Part shown: piece by piece, positions 52,500-64,000 of the stretch
How positions within the stretch are numbered: the first letter of the stretch is position 1
Layout: each line of letters starts with the position of its first letter
NCBI RefSeq assembly: GCF_030028105.1
Contig: NC_092376.1
Location: 179,776,080 to 179,840,079 of the forward strand
Direction: 5' to 3'
DNA length: 64,000 bases
Source: Mobula birostris
Taxonomy: Eukaryota
Position numbers and translations under genes: made by a program
The notes under the pieces: generated by a model
The model's database searches: none
What the model was told of the DNA's origin: nothing
The model's input: the letters and a program-made list of their open reading frames with translations, nothing else

Positions 52500-53022
52500 A
52501 ATACACTGAGTAGCCACTTTTTTAGATATATATGTACACTGCTCATTAATGCAGATATGTACTCAACCAATCATGTGGCAGAAACTCACCGCATAAAAGC
52601 CATACAGACGTTGTCAAAATGTTCAACTGTTTTCAGACTAACTATCAGAATGGGGAAAAATATGACCTGGTGAATTTAACATTGGAATGATTGTTGCTGC
52701 TAGAGCTGATTTGAGTATCTCAGAAACTGCTGACTTCCTGGTATTTTCACGCACAACAGTCTTTCGAGGGTACAGAGAACGGTGCGAGAAAATCATCCAG
52801 CGGGCGGCTGTTCTATGGGCGAGAGCGTCCTGTTCATGAGACAGGCCAGAGGAGAATGACCAAACTGGTTCAAGCTGACAGGAAAGCGACAGAAATTCAA
52901 ATAATCACGCATTAGAATGGTGGCATGCAGCATAGAATCTCTGAATACACAATACATTGACACCTAAAATGGGCGGGCTATAGTAGCAGGAGACCACGAG
53001 AATACACTATGTGGGCACTAGA
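52500..53022 (+). mobile_element. Tc1-like DNA transposon remnant (left end and N-terminal transposase HTH)
   Basis: Starts TA-CACTGAGTAGCCACTT. Decayed 'MGKK..IGMIVAARA..SISETADFL.FSRTTV.R.YRE..GQRRMTKLVQADRKAT'. Confidence 0.75.
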
Positions 53023-53029
53023 TTACGTT

Positions 53030-54155
53030 GATCAAGAAGGTTCAGTCGTTCGACATTCAAGATGAGGTAGTAACTTGGATTAGACTCTGGTTTTGTTGGT
53101 GAAACCAAATACTGATAGTAGAGGACTGTCTCTCTGACTGGAGGCCTGTGACTGGTGGTGTGCCGCAGGAATCGCTGCTGGGTCCGTTGTTGTTTGTCAT
53201 CTATGTCAACGATCTGGATGATAATGCGGTTAACTAGAACATCAAATTTGCAGATGACAGCAAGATTGGATGTGTAGTTATACAGCGAAGAAGGCTATCT
53301 TGGCTGACAGACGGATTTCTATCAGCTAGAAAAATGGGCTGAAAACTGGCAGATTGAACAATGCGGACAGGTGTGGGATGTTGCACTTCGGTAGGACCAG
53401 CCACGGTAGGTCTTACAAAGTGAGTGGTTGAGTTCTGAGGAGTGTGATAGAACAAAGGGTTTTGGAAATGTAGGTCCATAATTCGTTGAAAGAGGTGTTA
53501 TAGGTAGATAAAGTCTGAACAAAAAGCGTTTGGCACATTGGCCTTGATAAATCAATGTAGAGAGTACAGAAGAAAGGATGTTACATTTAAGTTGTACAAG
53601 ACTAATTTGGAGCATTGCGTGCAGTTATGCTCACCTACCTACAGGAAAGATGTAAATAAGATTGAAAGAATACAGATGAAATGTACGAGGATTTTACTGG
53701 GTCTGGACGTCCTGAATTATAAGGAAAGGTTGAACAGGTTCGGACTTTATTCCTTAGAACACAGAAGATCGAGAGGAGAGTTGATAGAGGTATACAAAAT
53801 TATGACGGGAATAGATAGGGTAAATGCATGCAGGTATTTCCATTGAAAATGGGTGGGTCTATAACCAGACGTCATGGGTTTAGGATGAAAGGTGAAAAGT
53901 TTAAGGGGAAGATGAGGAGAAACATCTTCACGTTGAATGGCGCGATAGTGTTGAATGAGCTGCCAGCAGGAGTGGTGCATGCAAGCTCGATTGAAACGTT
54001 TAAGCGAAGTTTGGATATGTGTATGGATAGTAAAGCTATGGAGGGTTATGCTACTGGTGCAGGTCGATTGGAGTAAGCAGTTTAAACTGTTCCACACGTA
54101 CTAGATGAGCTGAAGGGCTTGTTTCTGTGTTGTACTTCTCTATGACTCTAAGTAA
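53030..54155 (+). mobile_element. CR1 RT and 3' end, decayed
   Basis: 'GVPQESLLGPLLFVIYVNDLDD..KFADDSK' and 'GLYSLEHRRSRGELIEVYKIM'. Confidence 0.9.
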
Positions 54156-54271
54156 ATAAATGTCAGCGAAAAATGGAGATATTAGTGTTATGTTTTGTAG
54201 AGCCGGCGAAGTTATGAATAGGATCAAAGGATAGATCTCTGAACAGGTGCGGATAGGTTGCTGTGGATTTA

Positions 54272-54930
54272 AGATAGAACATAGAACATAAGAGCGTACA
54301 ACACATGAACAGGCCCTTTGCGCAATGGTGTCTGTGGACAAACTTTTTGTAGCTCTAGGCCAACTTCCCTGAATGCCCATTCTCTGTATTGGTCAATTTT
54401 CTGCTTATGTCAGTCGACTGCAAATGTATCTTTAAAGTTGCTGTCGTGTCTTCTTCCAACACATCTCCAGTAAGATGTTCAATGCACCTATCACTTTCTG
54501 TGCCTAAAATTGCTTTATAAATCTTCTTCAAACTTCCCCAATCTCATACTTTAGTATTTATATTTCCACCCTGTGAAGAAATGCACTACGATCTATCCTG
54601 CCTATATCTCTCATAATGTGATATATTTCTGTAAGGTTACCCATCAGCCTCCAATGCTCTGCAAAAAACAACAACCATGTTTATTTAACCGCTCTTGATA
54701 GATAATATTTCCTAGTTTAGGCAACACTCCATTGAACTTCTACTGCGTTCTCCCCAAAATTCCGACTTCCTTTAATACTGGTCCCAGAACTACACACCGT
54801 ACATCAGCTGTAGTCGAACCAAAGTTCTACACAGCTGCAATGCTACTTCCAGAGTTTTGTACCTGATCGATGACGGCATCTATGCTATACAGGTATTTAT
54901 ACTATCCTATCCACGTGTTTCCACTTTTAG
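54272..54930 (-). mobile_element. CR1 3' fragment, decayed
   Basis: (atagaac)n tail at 54273-54290 followed by the reverse complement of a CR1 3' UTR and ORF2 end. Confidence 0.65.
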
Positions 54931-55790
54931 GAAGCTTCAGGTTGGCAATAGATTTAGCTATGGAATGCATACTTAAGATGAGGTTAATTGGGATTTTAGA
55001 TTTGTGGAAGAATTGGGAAGAAAGAAAATAAATAAATTGCTGTGTTTCTTAATGGCTGCTTGACAGCAACGGCGGACATGCTATTTGAACTGCTGCGGGA
55101 ATAGTGGTGAGAGTGTTTCGATGATGTTGCTGGTAGGCGTTCCATAGGCTGGACACAACGATATTGATAGAGTGCACTTCCAAGTCAAGACGACGAATAA
55201 CTTGGAGACGAAGCATGTATAAACATAGGCGTTCCCTGTGCCTCTTTCACTTATTTCTTGAGGCCATCTTGAAATAGTGGCGATTGGAGCCACGATGAGC
55301 TACCGATGGAGGCATAGCCATCAGACGCTTGTGAAACTAATATTTGGTGAAGTTCACCAAAATCAAGCAGGCATTTGTGGATATCGGTGAGAAAGCAATA
55401 TTTGCCATTGATTGGCTTGCTAGATATTTTCAATGCGCATTTTAGTGTTAACAACGTTGTCATAGATCTGAATTTACACCGATCTGACAAGGATTACAGA
55501 TCCACAGGTGTATCCATCTCCACCACACCGCCATAGGGCATGAGGTGATAATGTAGGTTTTACATCCATTTCGTGGTATCATTACTAAGACTTTTTCCAG
55601 AACTCCACATTATTAAACTGCACAACGGGCAGACTGGGATTTGATAGTCCAGGCGTCTGGGGTTACTAATATGCCAACTTTTTCCTTGTGCCATCACAGC
55701 AAAATGATTCAAGATTTTCTACAATTGTTATCTGGATAAGAGGGCTAAATAAATTATATTTCTGAAACTTGGTTTCTCGTTCAATTTCAG

Positions 55791-55925
55791 GTACGTGATA
55801 ACCGGCAATGGGATTTGGAGCAATCTTCGAATGAAAGGTGCCCTTCTGGACAAAGCACATTGGCTAAAAATGAAGTGGAACGGGAACAGAGAAGGTTTCT
55901 GGAAATACATTCCCACGCATTATAG
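55791..55925 (+). CDS. Candidate protocadherin constant (shared cytoplasmic) exon, 44 aa + stop
   Basis: Pyrimidine tract and acceptor 'cttggtttctcgttcaatttcag|'. Phase-0 reading VRDNRQWDLEQSSNERCPSGQSTLAKNEVEREQRRFLEIHSHAL*. Unique sequence 3' of the last variable exon; weak resemblance to the Pcdh-gamma constant region. Confidence 0.5.
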   Translation, partial: VRDNRQWDLEQSSNERCPSGQSTLAKNEVEREQRRFLEIHSHAL

Positions 55926-57029
55926 GAAGCAGAAATTACTTCACAGTGGACGAAATGGTTTTATTTTATTTTCTGAATTGTGGCCAGACGTTTCCATGGG
56001 GACTAGTTGTTCTCTGTAATCTGTCCAATTTTACTTTCTATCAATAGCGATCTCATTGTATATGAGTATGCTTCAAGCCTTCTACGTTTGTGACTGCATG
56101 TGTTAGTTATTAGCCATATTGTGTGGCTGAATTGGCCTGTTCTCACGTAGGCATGCCTCATAAACATCCATCGTCATATATGATGATCGATATATGCATT
56201 ACAGAACCTTCCTGCGATTCTCTGAATATTGTAAACGTGGAATTCTATGAGCAAACCTTCCTGAGGTTCTTTCACGTGTCCTTTTGGAAATTCCAAAGTC
56301 TTTGAAGAAGATTTAGGCAAACTTAACAATAGCTCAATAATTAAAATTATGATTTAAAACATGGCCTCCGCACTTACTAAAGTGCCATTTAAAGTCCAGG
56401 TGGATTCTTCTTTTTCATTAGTTCCGAATTAATTGAATATAGCCCAATTGTGATCGATGACAAAGGCAAGGATCAAGTGCGACAATAGGCCAAAACATTA
56501 CGTATGAGAAAGAGGCCATCACAACAGACACCATTTTGGAAGAGGTTAACCGTTGCAAGAGAAGACTAGAAAAGACTATAGAATGTGCTTTCTGTTTCGC
56601 ACTGTATTAGAGAATTGATTCGTGGCCTCGACTTGCTTATGTATTGATACTTTTCTTTCGCTACCCTTATTGGGGTTTTTAACTGGTTGATGGTCTGTCC
56701 CTTCAGCTTTTATTGCTATGTTATATTTCTGACTATCACGAAAATACGGAGATCTTTCTACAGTGAAAAATGCTACTTTCGGTGTTCTAAATAATACATC
56801 TTGATGTTTACAAAGTTAGTTCAACCAAATAAAAAAAACTAAGTTGGAAATTCGTCTTCTCGTGTTCTGGTAGATTCCAATCAAGCTAGTGCAGTCAAAG
56901 TTTATGAATTAATGCGGTTGATCTTCAGTAATAATGGTCCATAAAACGTGAATAATTTTGGAGACAGAACAATTACTTGCAGGAGCTCTACACAGCCAGA
57001 ATCTAGTTAGTTATCCCTGCCTTATATGA

Positions 57030-58075
57030 GCTGAAGTTTATGATTTGTGGCAGCCGTCAAACCTACTATAAACTGCGACCTAAATAAAACGTGGAAAAAA
57101 AAGGAATAATGAAGTAGTGTTCGTGAGTTCATGCACTGTTCAGAAATGTACTGCAACAGGAGTAAAACGCTCCTCCCGGATCATTGAACACGTGTGCTCG
57201 GTCCCCTTTCCCCACTTCCTGACGATAGTAATAAAAAGGGGACATGGTCCGATGGTGAAGGTAGCCTCCATGAGACAATTCCTCGTGATGGTGCTGACGT
57301 AGCCTGCAACCTTCTGCAGCCCTTTGAAATCGTTTGTATTGGAGTGTCCATACCAGGCTATGATGAACCAGTCAGAGTGCGTTCCACCGTACATCTATAA
57401 AATTTTGCAAGTCTCTTCTGTGACATAGCAATTTCCTCAAACTTTCAACTAAACAGATGCACTGATGTGCCTAATTTATAAATTCATTAATGTGTTGCGC
57501 CCAAAACAAATTCTACGAGACACTGAAAACCTTGGAACCTCAGGAGAAAAATAGAAATATTAACTTTATTTGGCACGTTTATACCGAGACAGTGAAATGC
57601 ATCCTTTTGTGTCAACAGCGGAGTCCGGGAATTGCGATCGGGTCAATCTGCAAGAGTCGCCCCGCTACCGGAGCTGCCCGCAACTCACTAACCGTAACCG
57701 TATGTCTTTGGAATGTGCGGTGAAATTGAAGCGCTCGGATGAAAGGCACCCGGCAACAGGGATAACGTGCAAACTCCTTACATTCAGCAGCGTGAGGCGA
57801 AACCCGATTGGTGGTCGCTAGCGCTGTAGTCCGATTGTGCTCGGCGCTCTGCTCCCGCGATGCCCTACTCATTACAGTGCCGCTCATCAGCTTCGACCGC
57901 TGACCCCTCAATGGGGAATGCTGCCACTCCGCCTAGCCTTTCCTTCCCGAAGTCCACCATAAATTTCGTGGTTCTCCTGACGCCGAGCAACGAGGTTTTG
58001 TAGCGACTCCACTTAATCAGCCGACCTACCTCATTCCTGTACGCCTCCTCGATGCCATCTTGCATTTTGTTAAAA
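57030..58075 (-). mobile_element. Rex1/Babar-like LINE fragments
   Basis: 'IIAWYGHSN..DFKGLQKV' (57140-57394) and 'EEAYRNEVGRLIKWS..LGVRRTTKFMVDFGK' (57865-58065). Confidence 0.7.
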
Positions 58076-59139
58076 CATTCACTTAAATACGCAAAGATAT
58101 TTATAATAGATATGCGGATCTGATGCGTTCCGTTTCATAGTTATTATTATCGAGTGGTGACGCTACTGTGAACAAAATAGGTGAAGGGATCCCAACAATA
58201 TCCACCTCCAATGAACTAATCCTTCGCGTTAACGAAAGCTGTCATACTGGGTGATATTTTAGTATCCTGCTTAAACAGGTGTCAATGAAGCAAATGGAAA
58301 CTATTGTCTTCTGCGTAACGAACTGCCCACATTTCTACTGAGAACAGATGCTTACTGGTGATGTGTAATGTTGTGCTGCCTTGCATCAAAATAGTATGAA
58401 TTCAATCTTAATCTTAATTGTCATAATTTGGTCATCACTGCTGTAAGCTTACTGTGAACTCTGAGCAAACGACGAAAACAAAGAAAATATAAATAGCCAC
58501 GTACTTATCACAGCGAAAAAGGAAGTCAGAATAATTGATAAAATTTTAGTCAAATTTGTTATCGATTAGTGAGTAAGTTATTTTTAAAAAGCTCTGTAGT
58601 GTTGATTAATCATCCAATTCTGGGTGCCATTTGACACTAGTACAAAACGTAGACATCTTCGATTATTAAATTTAGTTAGCACGTTTATTATATCCATGCT
58701 AGTTGCCAATGTAAACTACAGAATGACCTGTCCACTGGATATTTTAACGTTTATGTACATAGTACCAGTTAACTGTTACCCGTACTCTGCTTATGTGTTG
58801 TTTGTATACTCATTCGCCTCCTTGAAATACTGATTTGCGTTTTGGGGTGGGGGTTGCGTTCATGTCCACGTGTGAAGTTTAATGCATTACTCCTGTGATA
58901 ACTACCTAATCGCATTAAATAAATAGCTGCACAACAACAGACAGATAAGAACAAGCTGCATAAATAAAACGTAAAAATAATCACCAAAATATGTTTTACC
59001 TTCTTTGCGTCCATATTTTTTAACCTCCACCTGGATTACACTAACGTGAGCCGATATATTCTCACTTTGGAATGGATCAAGTACAGTGCAAAGCCTCGTA
59101 ATGTGTGCAATGTTGCTATTGTGCGACCTGTGTAATTCT

Positions 59140-59460
59140 CCTCCCTTACGGCGGCAGAAAATAGCAACGAGTGGAGTTCCGCAGTTTAAACCTGACACCC
59201 CGTGTTTTTTATGTGGAATTTGCACGTGATCACTAATGTTTCCGTTTCTTCGCACATCGCAAAGATGTTCAGGTTAGTAAGATAATTGGCCACTATAAAT
59301 TAACTTTAGCATATACGTAAATGGTGGAACTTGGTACGGTTTAGGAGAGTAGTTAGGGCATTGAGGAGAATAAACTGTAACTGTTTTTGGTTATCATAAA
59401 TCATGGCCACAAAGGTTTGCTTACATCGGCTATGTTTGTGTAATTCTGTACAATTTGTAA
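59140..59460 (+). mobile_element. Possible V-SINE-like element, decayed
   Basis: 'gtggaatttgcacgt...cgcacatcgcaaagatgttcaggttagtaagataattggccactataaatt' resembles the V-SINE central domain; a similar remnant lies at 42110-42420. Confidence 0.45.
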
Positions 59461-61889
59461 CTCTTCCAAATTCGAAATATTTTGAGCTATTTTGTTATCT
59501 GGATAGCCTCTCCGATATTTATAAAGTTTCCATAAATCATGACCGAATGTTAGATCCTGAACTTACATCTTTGCTTTATCATTGATTAGGAATATCGCGA
59601 TCAATGGATTACAGAATATTCGTTGCTCGTATGAACATCATCCATTCGGTCTCTATGTAACAGCATTCGCAGTCCCCCCTTCTCCATCCAATGTCCAATG
59701 AAAATGTTTTTTTCAGATAATATCCAGATTATGTTTGTCATCTACAATTTAATCTGCCACTATATTTTCTGGTATTTTCTACCAGACAAAAAAAAAATCA
59801 CTTTGTGTGTTTCGTGGCGCAGTGGCATGTGGATATAATAGTGGCTTGCTAGTTCAACTTTTTTTTGTTCATCATCTCTATGGTCATAATTACCTACAGG
59901 AGTCCAGCCGTCTTTAAGCTTGATTGTTCTATCCAATAGTTTAAAAAAATGCAGGGAGTACAAAAATTCTACAGCTACTGTCGAATAAGCAAACGATAAT
60001 ATAATCATATTGTTATTCAAAGGGTAGCTAGGTGAAGTTTGCAGCTATTAAACGCTCGAATAACAAACGAGTACTTAACATAAGTAAATATCAAAGAATG
60101 GAATATTCTGAATATTGCAATAAAGGAAGGGATCCAGGAGATATTACGTAAGATATAGAAAGTGTCAAGTAATTGTTTGGCATTGTTAGTAGAAAGGTCA
60201 TGTGGTGGGGAAAAAGTTGAATCCTCAGTAAAAAAAAACACGAAAAGTCTGGAGAAACCTAAGGAAAGAAATCAAAGGATTTTGAGTTTTCTATAAATAT
60301 TTGATGTCTATTTTTGCACATTATCAAAACATTACAAGATCATAGCATATAATTGCACTGTTAAGTATATCAGGCATAAGCCCTGTGTCTTCAAATACAT
60401 TGCTGATAACAGAATAACTTTTACGCATTTTTGTAATCCTAGTTTCAGATTGATGTTACAATCTAAGGTACATCTCAAATATATTTGCCTAGGCCTTAAT
60501 CGTGCTGGACCTGATCATTGTCTAGTTTTCGGCTCTCCCGATACATCCAAGTCGCAAATAACTTTTGCGGAGATGTGATTATTAACTGGTCTTTCGGGCT
60601 CGCTTCTGTATCTTTCCACGAGGCACACCCAATTGCTTTGAAATACTTTGTCTATTCGGAGAAAATAATGATACTGATAATGGACTACTCTGATACTTTG
60701 ATTGTCTTTTGTCAGCCGACAATCCTTTCATTTGTCGTTAGAAAAACATAACTAGAATGAGAATGTCAAGTACGCCAAAAACAAATTTCAGTATTTTCTT
60801 CACTCACAGGGAGGCAGTGATGTGTAGTTGTGTGCTTATGATGTATGTTAAAATAAATAGTACTGATGGCGGTAAGGGTCAACAGAAAAATAAATACATG
60901 CGGGACAAGGTAATATGATAATAGAAAAATATGCTAATATAAAATATATCTTGTGATAAAGAATGAGTGATGTTTTATGATGACTTTATATTGCTTGAGT
61001 CTAATAAATTTCAGTAGGTAATGTTATGAAATTCTTAATGGTGCACATGATTGTCGAGCCATTATGTCCAAGTAGTGCTAGAAAATATTTACTGAATTAT
61101 CTTCTGGATTCAAATTAGAGTTAGCACATTTTATCTAGACAAATTAAATCAATGTATATCTGCAAGTTGTAATATCATCCCTTAGAACTACGCGTGGCAT
61201 TAGCAAGTTGACATATTGGAGTCAGCTTTGGTTAAAACTCCAAACACAGCAATCATGTCATTAGATCAGCTGGTGTATCAATATACTGATTATACCAATA
61301 CATTTACATACCTCTCACCGCACCTAACACAGAGAAGTATGGTATTCCATTGTTAAAAATTTGGGAGTGGGAAACATTTTAGTTCCGAATGTCTACGCCA
61401 GGAGCTTTTGAAGGCTGTGTCCGAAATCCGCAATTAAAGAATATCATTCTTAGGTTTGAAATTAGGATACATGAAGAAATGTAAGACATGAAGAAATGGC
61501 ATAGAGAACCCGAATTCAGTTCCTCTTTAGACAGCAGCCTATGATTGCATTTCGTTATTATCTACCAAACCCAGCGCTGAGCAAGTCGGTATTTCCAGCG
61601 CTAAATAATCTGCTCAAAGATCGATAAGGGAACTCTCGAAATTACAGATTTTTATTACAGAAAATTACAGAAGTTACCACAGCCAGTATACAAACAAATC
61701 TCAAAATTATGGTGGGCGGTAATGGAGGGCAGATCTTCAGGGGCGGAGCAAACGACAGGGATTTACCAACCATTCATCCATTCTCTCCTTAATACACATC
61801 CAGCAAACGTTCTACAACGTGAGAATAACCTTGATGATCTCCCTATAACGCTCCCGTTTCAAAGGGAATTCGGATCTGCCATGCCGTGT

Positions 61890-62345
61890 TTCAAATTCAA
61901 ACCCAGACTCAAAGTCAAAGTAAATTTATTATCAAACGACGTAAGTATTATTACATACTACCGTGAGATTCATTTTATTGCAGACTTTTACAGGAAAAGA
62001 AAGATGTATAACAGAAGTTTTGAAAATGAGACTGTTGGTTGTAGTGAATGAAATTATCCACGCTAGTTCAGAAATCTGATGGTGGTAGGCTAATAACTGT
62101 TTCTGAATCCGGTGATGTCGGTCCTAAGACTTCTTTACCTCCTATCTAACAGAAATTGCGAAAAGGGAGCATGGCCTGGATGATGTTCGTCCTTAATGAT
62201 GACGCAGCTTTTTTGTGGCAGCGATCTTTGTGAATGTGCTTAATGCTGAGGAAGGATTTGTTTGTGATGGACTGGGCTGTGCCCATCACTTTTTGTACAG
62301 TTTTACGTTCCTGGGCATTGACTTTTCCATACCCACTGGGATTTA
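61890..62345 (-). mobile_element. Rex1/Babar-like LINE 3' end
   Basis: Same tail as 8800 ('caaagtaaatttattatcaaa') and 'NAQERKTVQKVMGTAQSITNK..CHKKAAS'. Confidence 0.7.
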
Positions 62346-62799
62346 CAGCAAATAGTTCACACATGACTCTAAGATAAAATCCGTAGACCGGAAAAGATCC
62401 CCAGGCAAGGGCAAATGAGGCCGGGTCTGCTGCATGATAAATGCTAGATGGTGCGTTGATGCGCTAGTCTTCAGTAATCTTTTACCTGTGAACTGAAATA
62501 CCTCATCTGAAATGTTATCCCCTTTATCTCTTTAAGAGGAACCTCAGCCTCTCGGCACTCTACATACCACCTTCAACTAACATCAAGATAACACTAGACA
62601 AATTATACTTGGATGTCAAATCTCTTGAAATAAGCTATTTTGTTCTTTTCAACATCCCTGGGGATTTCAGTCAGGTTAACTAGAGAAACCTACTCCCCAA
62701 ATGCCACCAGCATGTCTCCTGCCCTACGCAGAGTCATAACGCTGCAGTCCAACGATGCACATCACTAATACACAGATGCACTATTGATCTATTCATCAT

Positions 62800-63582
62800 C
62801 TATTTTGGTAGGACTAATCAAAATAGGACATGCATGGTAAATGGTAGGGCATTGAGGAATGCAGTAGAACTGAAGGATCTAGGAATAATGGTGCATAGTT
62901 CCCTGAAGGTGGAATCTCATGTGGATAGGGTGGTGAAGAAAGCTCTTGGTTTGCTGGCCTTTATAAATCAGAGCATTGAGTATAGGAGTTGGGATGTAAT
63001 GTTGAAATTGTATAAGGCATTGGTATGGCCAAATTTGGAGTATCGAGTACAGTTCTGGTCAACGAATTATAGGAAAGATATCAACAAAATTGAGAGAGTA
63101 CAGAGAAGGTTTACTAGAATGTTACCTGGGTTTCATCTCCTAAGTTACAGAGAAAGGTTGAACAAGTTGGTTCCCTATTCTTTGGAGCGTAGAAGGTTGA
63201 GGGGGGACTTAATAGAGATATTTAAAATTATGAGGGGGATAGATAGAGTCGACGTGGATAGGCTTTTTTCCATTGAGAGTGGGGGAGATTCAAACAAGAG
63301 GACATGAGTTGAGTGTTAAGGGGCAAAAGTTTAGGGGTAACGTGAGGAGGAACTTCTCTCCACAGGGAGTGGTAGCTGTGTGGAACGAGCTTCCAGCAGA
63401 AGTTGTTGAGGCAGGTTCGATGTTGTCATTTAAAGTTAAATTGGATAGCTATATGGACAGGAACGGAATGGAGGGTTATGGGCTGGGAGTGCAGGTCGGT
63501 GGGACTAGGTGAGAGTAAGAGTTCAGCACGGAGTAGAAGGGCCGAGATGGCCTGTTTCCGTGCTGTAATTGTTATATGGTTA
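62800..63582 (+). mobile_element. CR1 3' region, inserted in a decayed Rex1-like endonuclease fragment (~62630-62800 and ~63583-63770)
   Basis: ORF 62834-63307 (LYKALVWPNLEY, SLERRRLRGDLIE); flanks read 'IPGDFSQVN..LLPKCHQHVSCPT' and 'PHFSQSNH'. Confidence 0.88.
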
Positions 63583-64000
63583 TCACCCTCATTTTAGTCA
63601 ATCAAATCATTGCCGGCGCCAGTCCTACCAGATTAAAAAAAAGCACGAGGCGTTAAACAAAAGAGGATCAGGACAATGTTCTGAAGGTGATCAGGGTCGA
63701 CTTCAGCACTGCCCTGAGTCGGTGAATTTGGCGTATTCAACGTCACCTCATCCATCCCAAATGAGTGTTTCTCAGTTATCACAAGTTTAACAAATATATT
63801 GTCTATGTCAGTGTTCCGACATAGGCAGTTCATGTCTGTAGTATCCAAAACCATTGAGTGCATGGGGAGATCTGGTCTCTGCTGTAATGAAGATCCGAGG
63901 CATTCTGAAGGGTAATCTCATAATGTATATGAAAGCTAACTATGATATATTGGCTTACTCTGATATAACTGTGTATATTTTAATTCAAGAAGTATTGTAG

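Noticed and set aside
57806-57826. ATTGG...GTCGCT resembling an orphan CSE promoter
   Set aside because: Wrong spacing, no downstream CCAAT, lies in repeat-derived sequence, and no cadherin remnant follows
50440-60830. Other pyrimidine-tract/AG acceptors (about 50461, 59715, 60809) as constant exons
   Set aside because: Phase-0 frames hit stops within a few codons and show no similarity to Pcdh cytoplasmic motifs
1-64000. Prokaryotic-type systems (CRISPR arrays, operons, retrons), and rRNA or tRNA genes
   Set aside because: The sequence is vertebrate. All RT fragments belong to LINE families, and no regularly spaced repeat array or structured RNA gene was seen

Overview
Vertebrate genomic DNA. 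The CR1, Rex1-Babar, Penelope and V-SINE-like repeat complement suggests a cartilaginous fish (inference). The window is part of a clustered protocadherin locus. It holds three intact ~2.45-kb + strand 'variable' exons (5546-8005, 39103-41556, 47104-49542), each encoding signal peptide, six cadherin repeats, TM and a short cytoplasmic stretch. Each has its own CGCT-core (CSE) promoter and a phase-0 splice donor. A fourth variable exon is a pseudogene, not visible in the ORF track, broken into three pieces (25482-25633, ~28250-28804, 32390-33993) by nested CR1 LINEs and an LTR element. Downstream of the last variable exon is a candidate phase-0 constant exon (55791-55925, 44 aa) weakly resembling the Pcdh-gamma constant region. 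The most unusual object is a 547-bp TSD-flanked retro-insertion (23051-23597). It is an RTE-like short element carrying a 178-bp circularly permuted piece of ZFTRAF1/CYHR1 coding sequence plus a GC-rich 5' segment. The rest is mostly decayed retroelements. Repeat boundaries are approximate and family names come from recognised motifs, not database searches.
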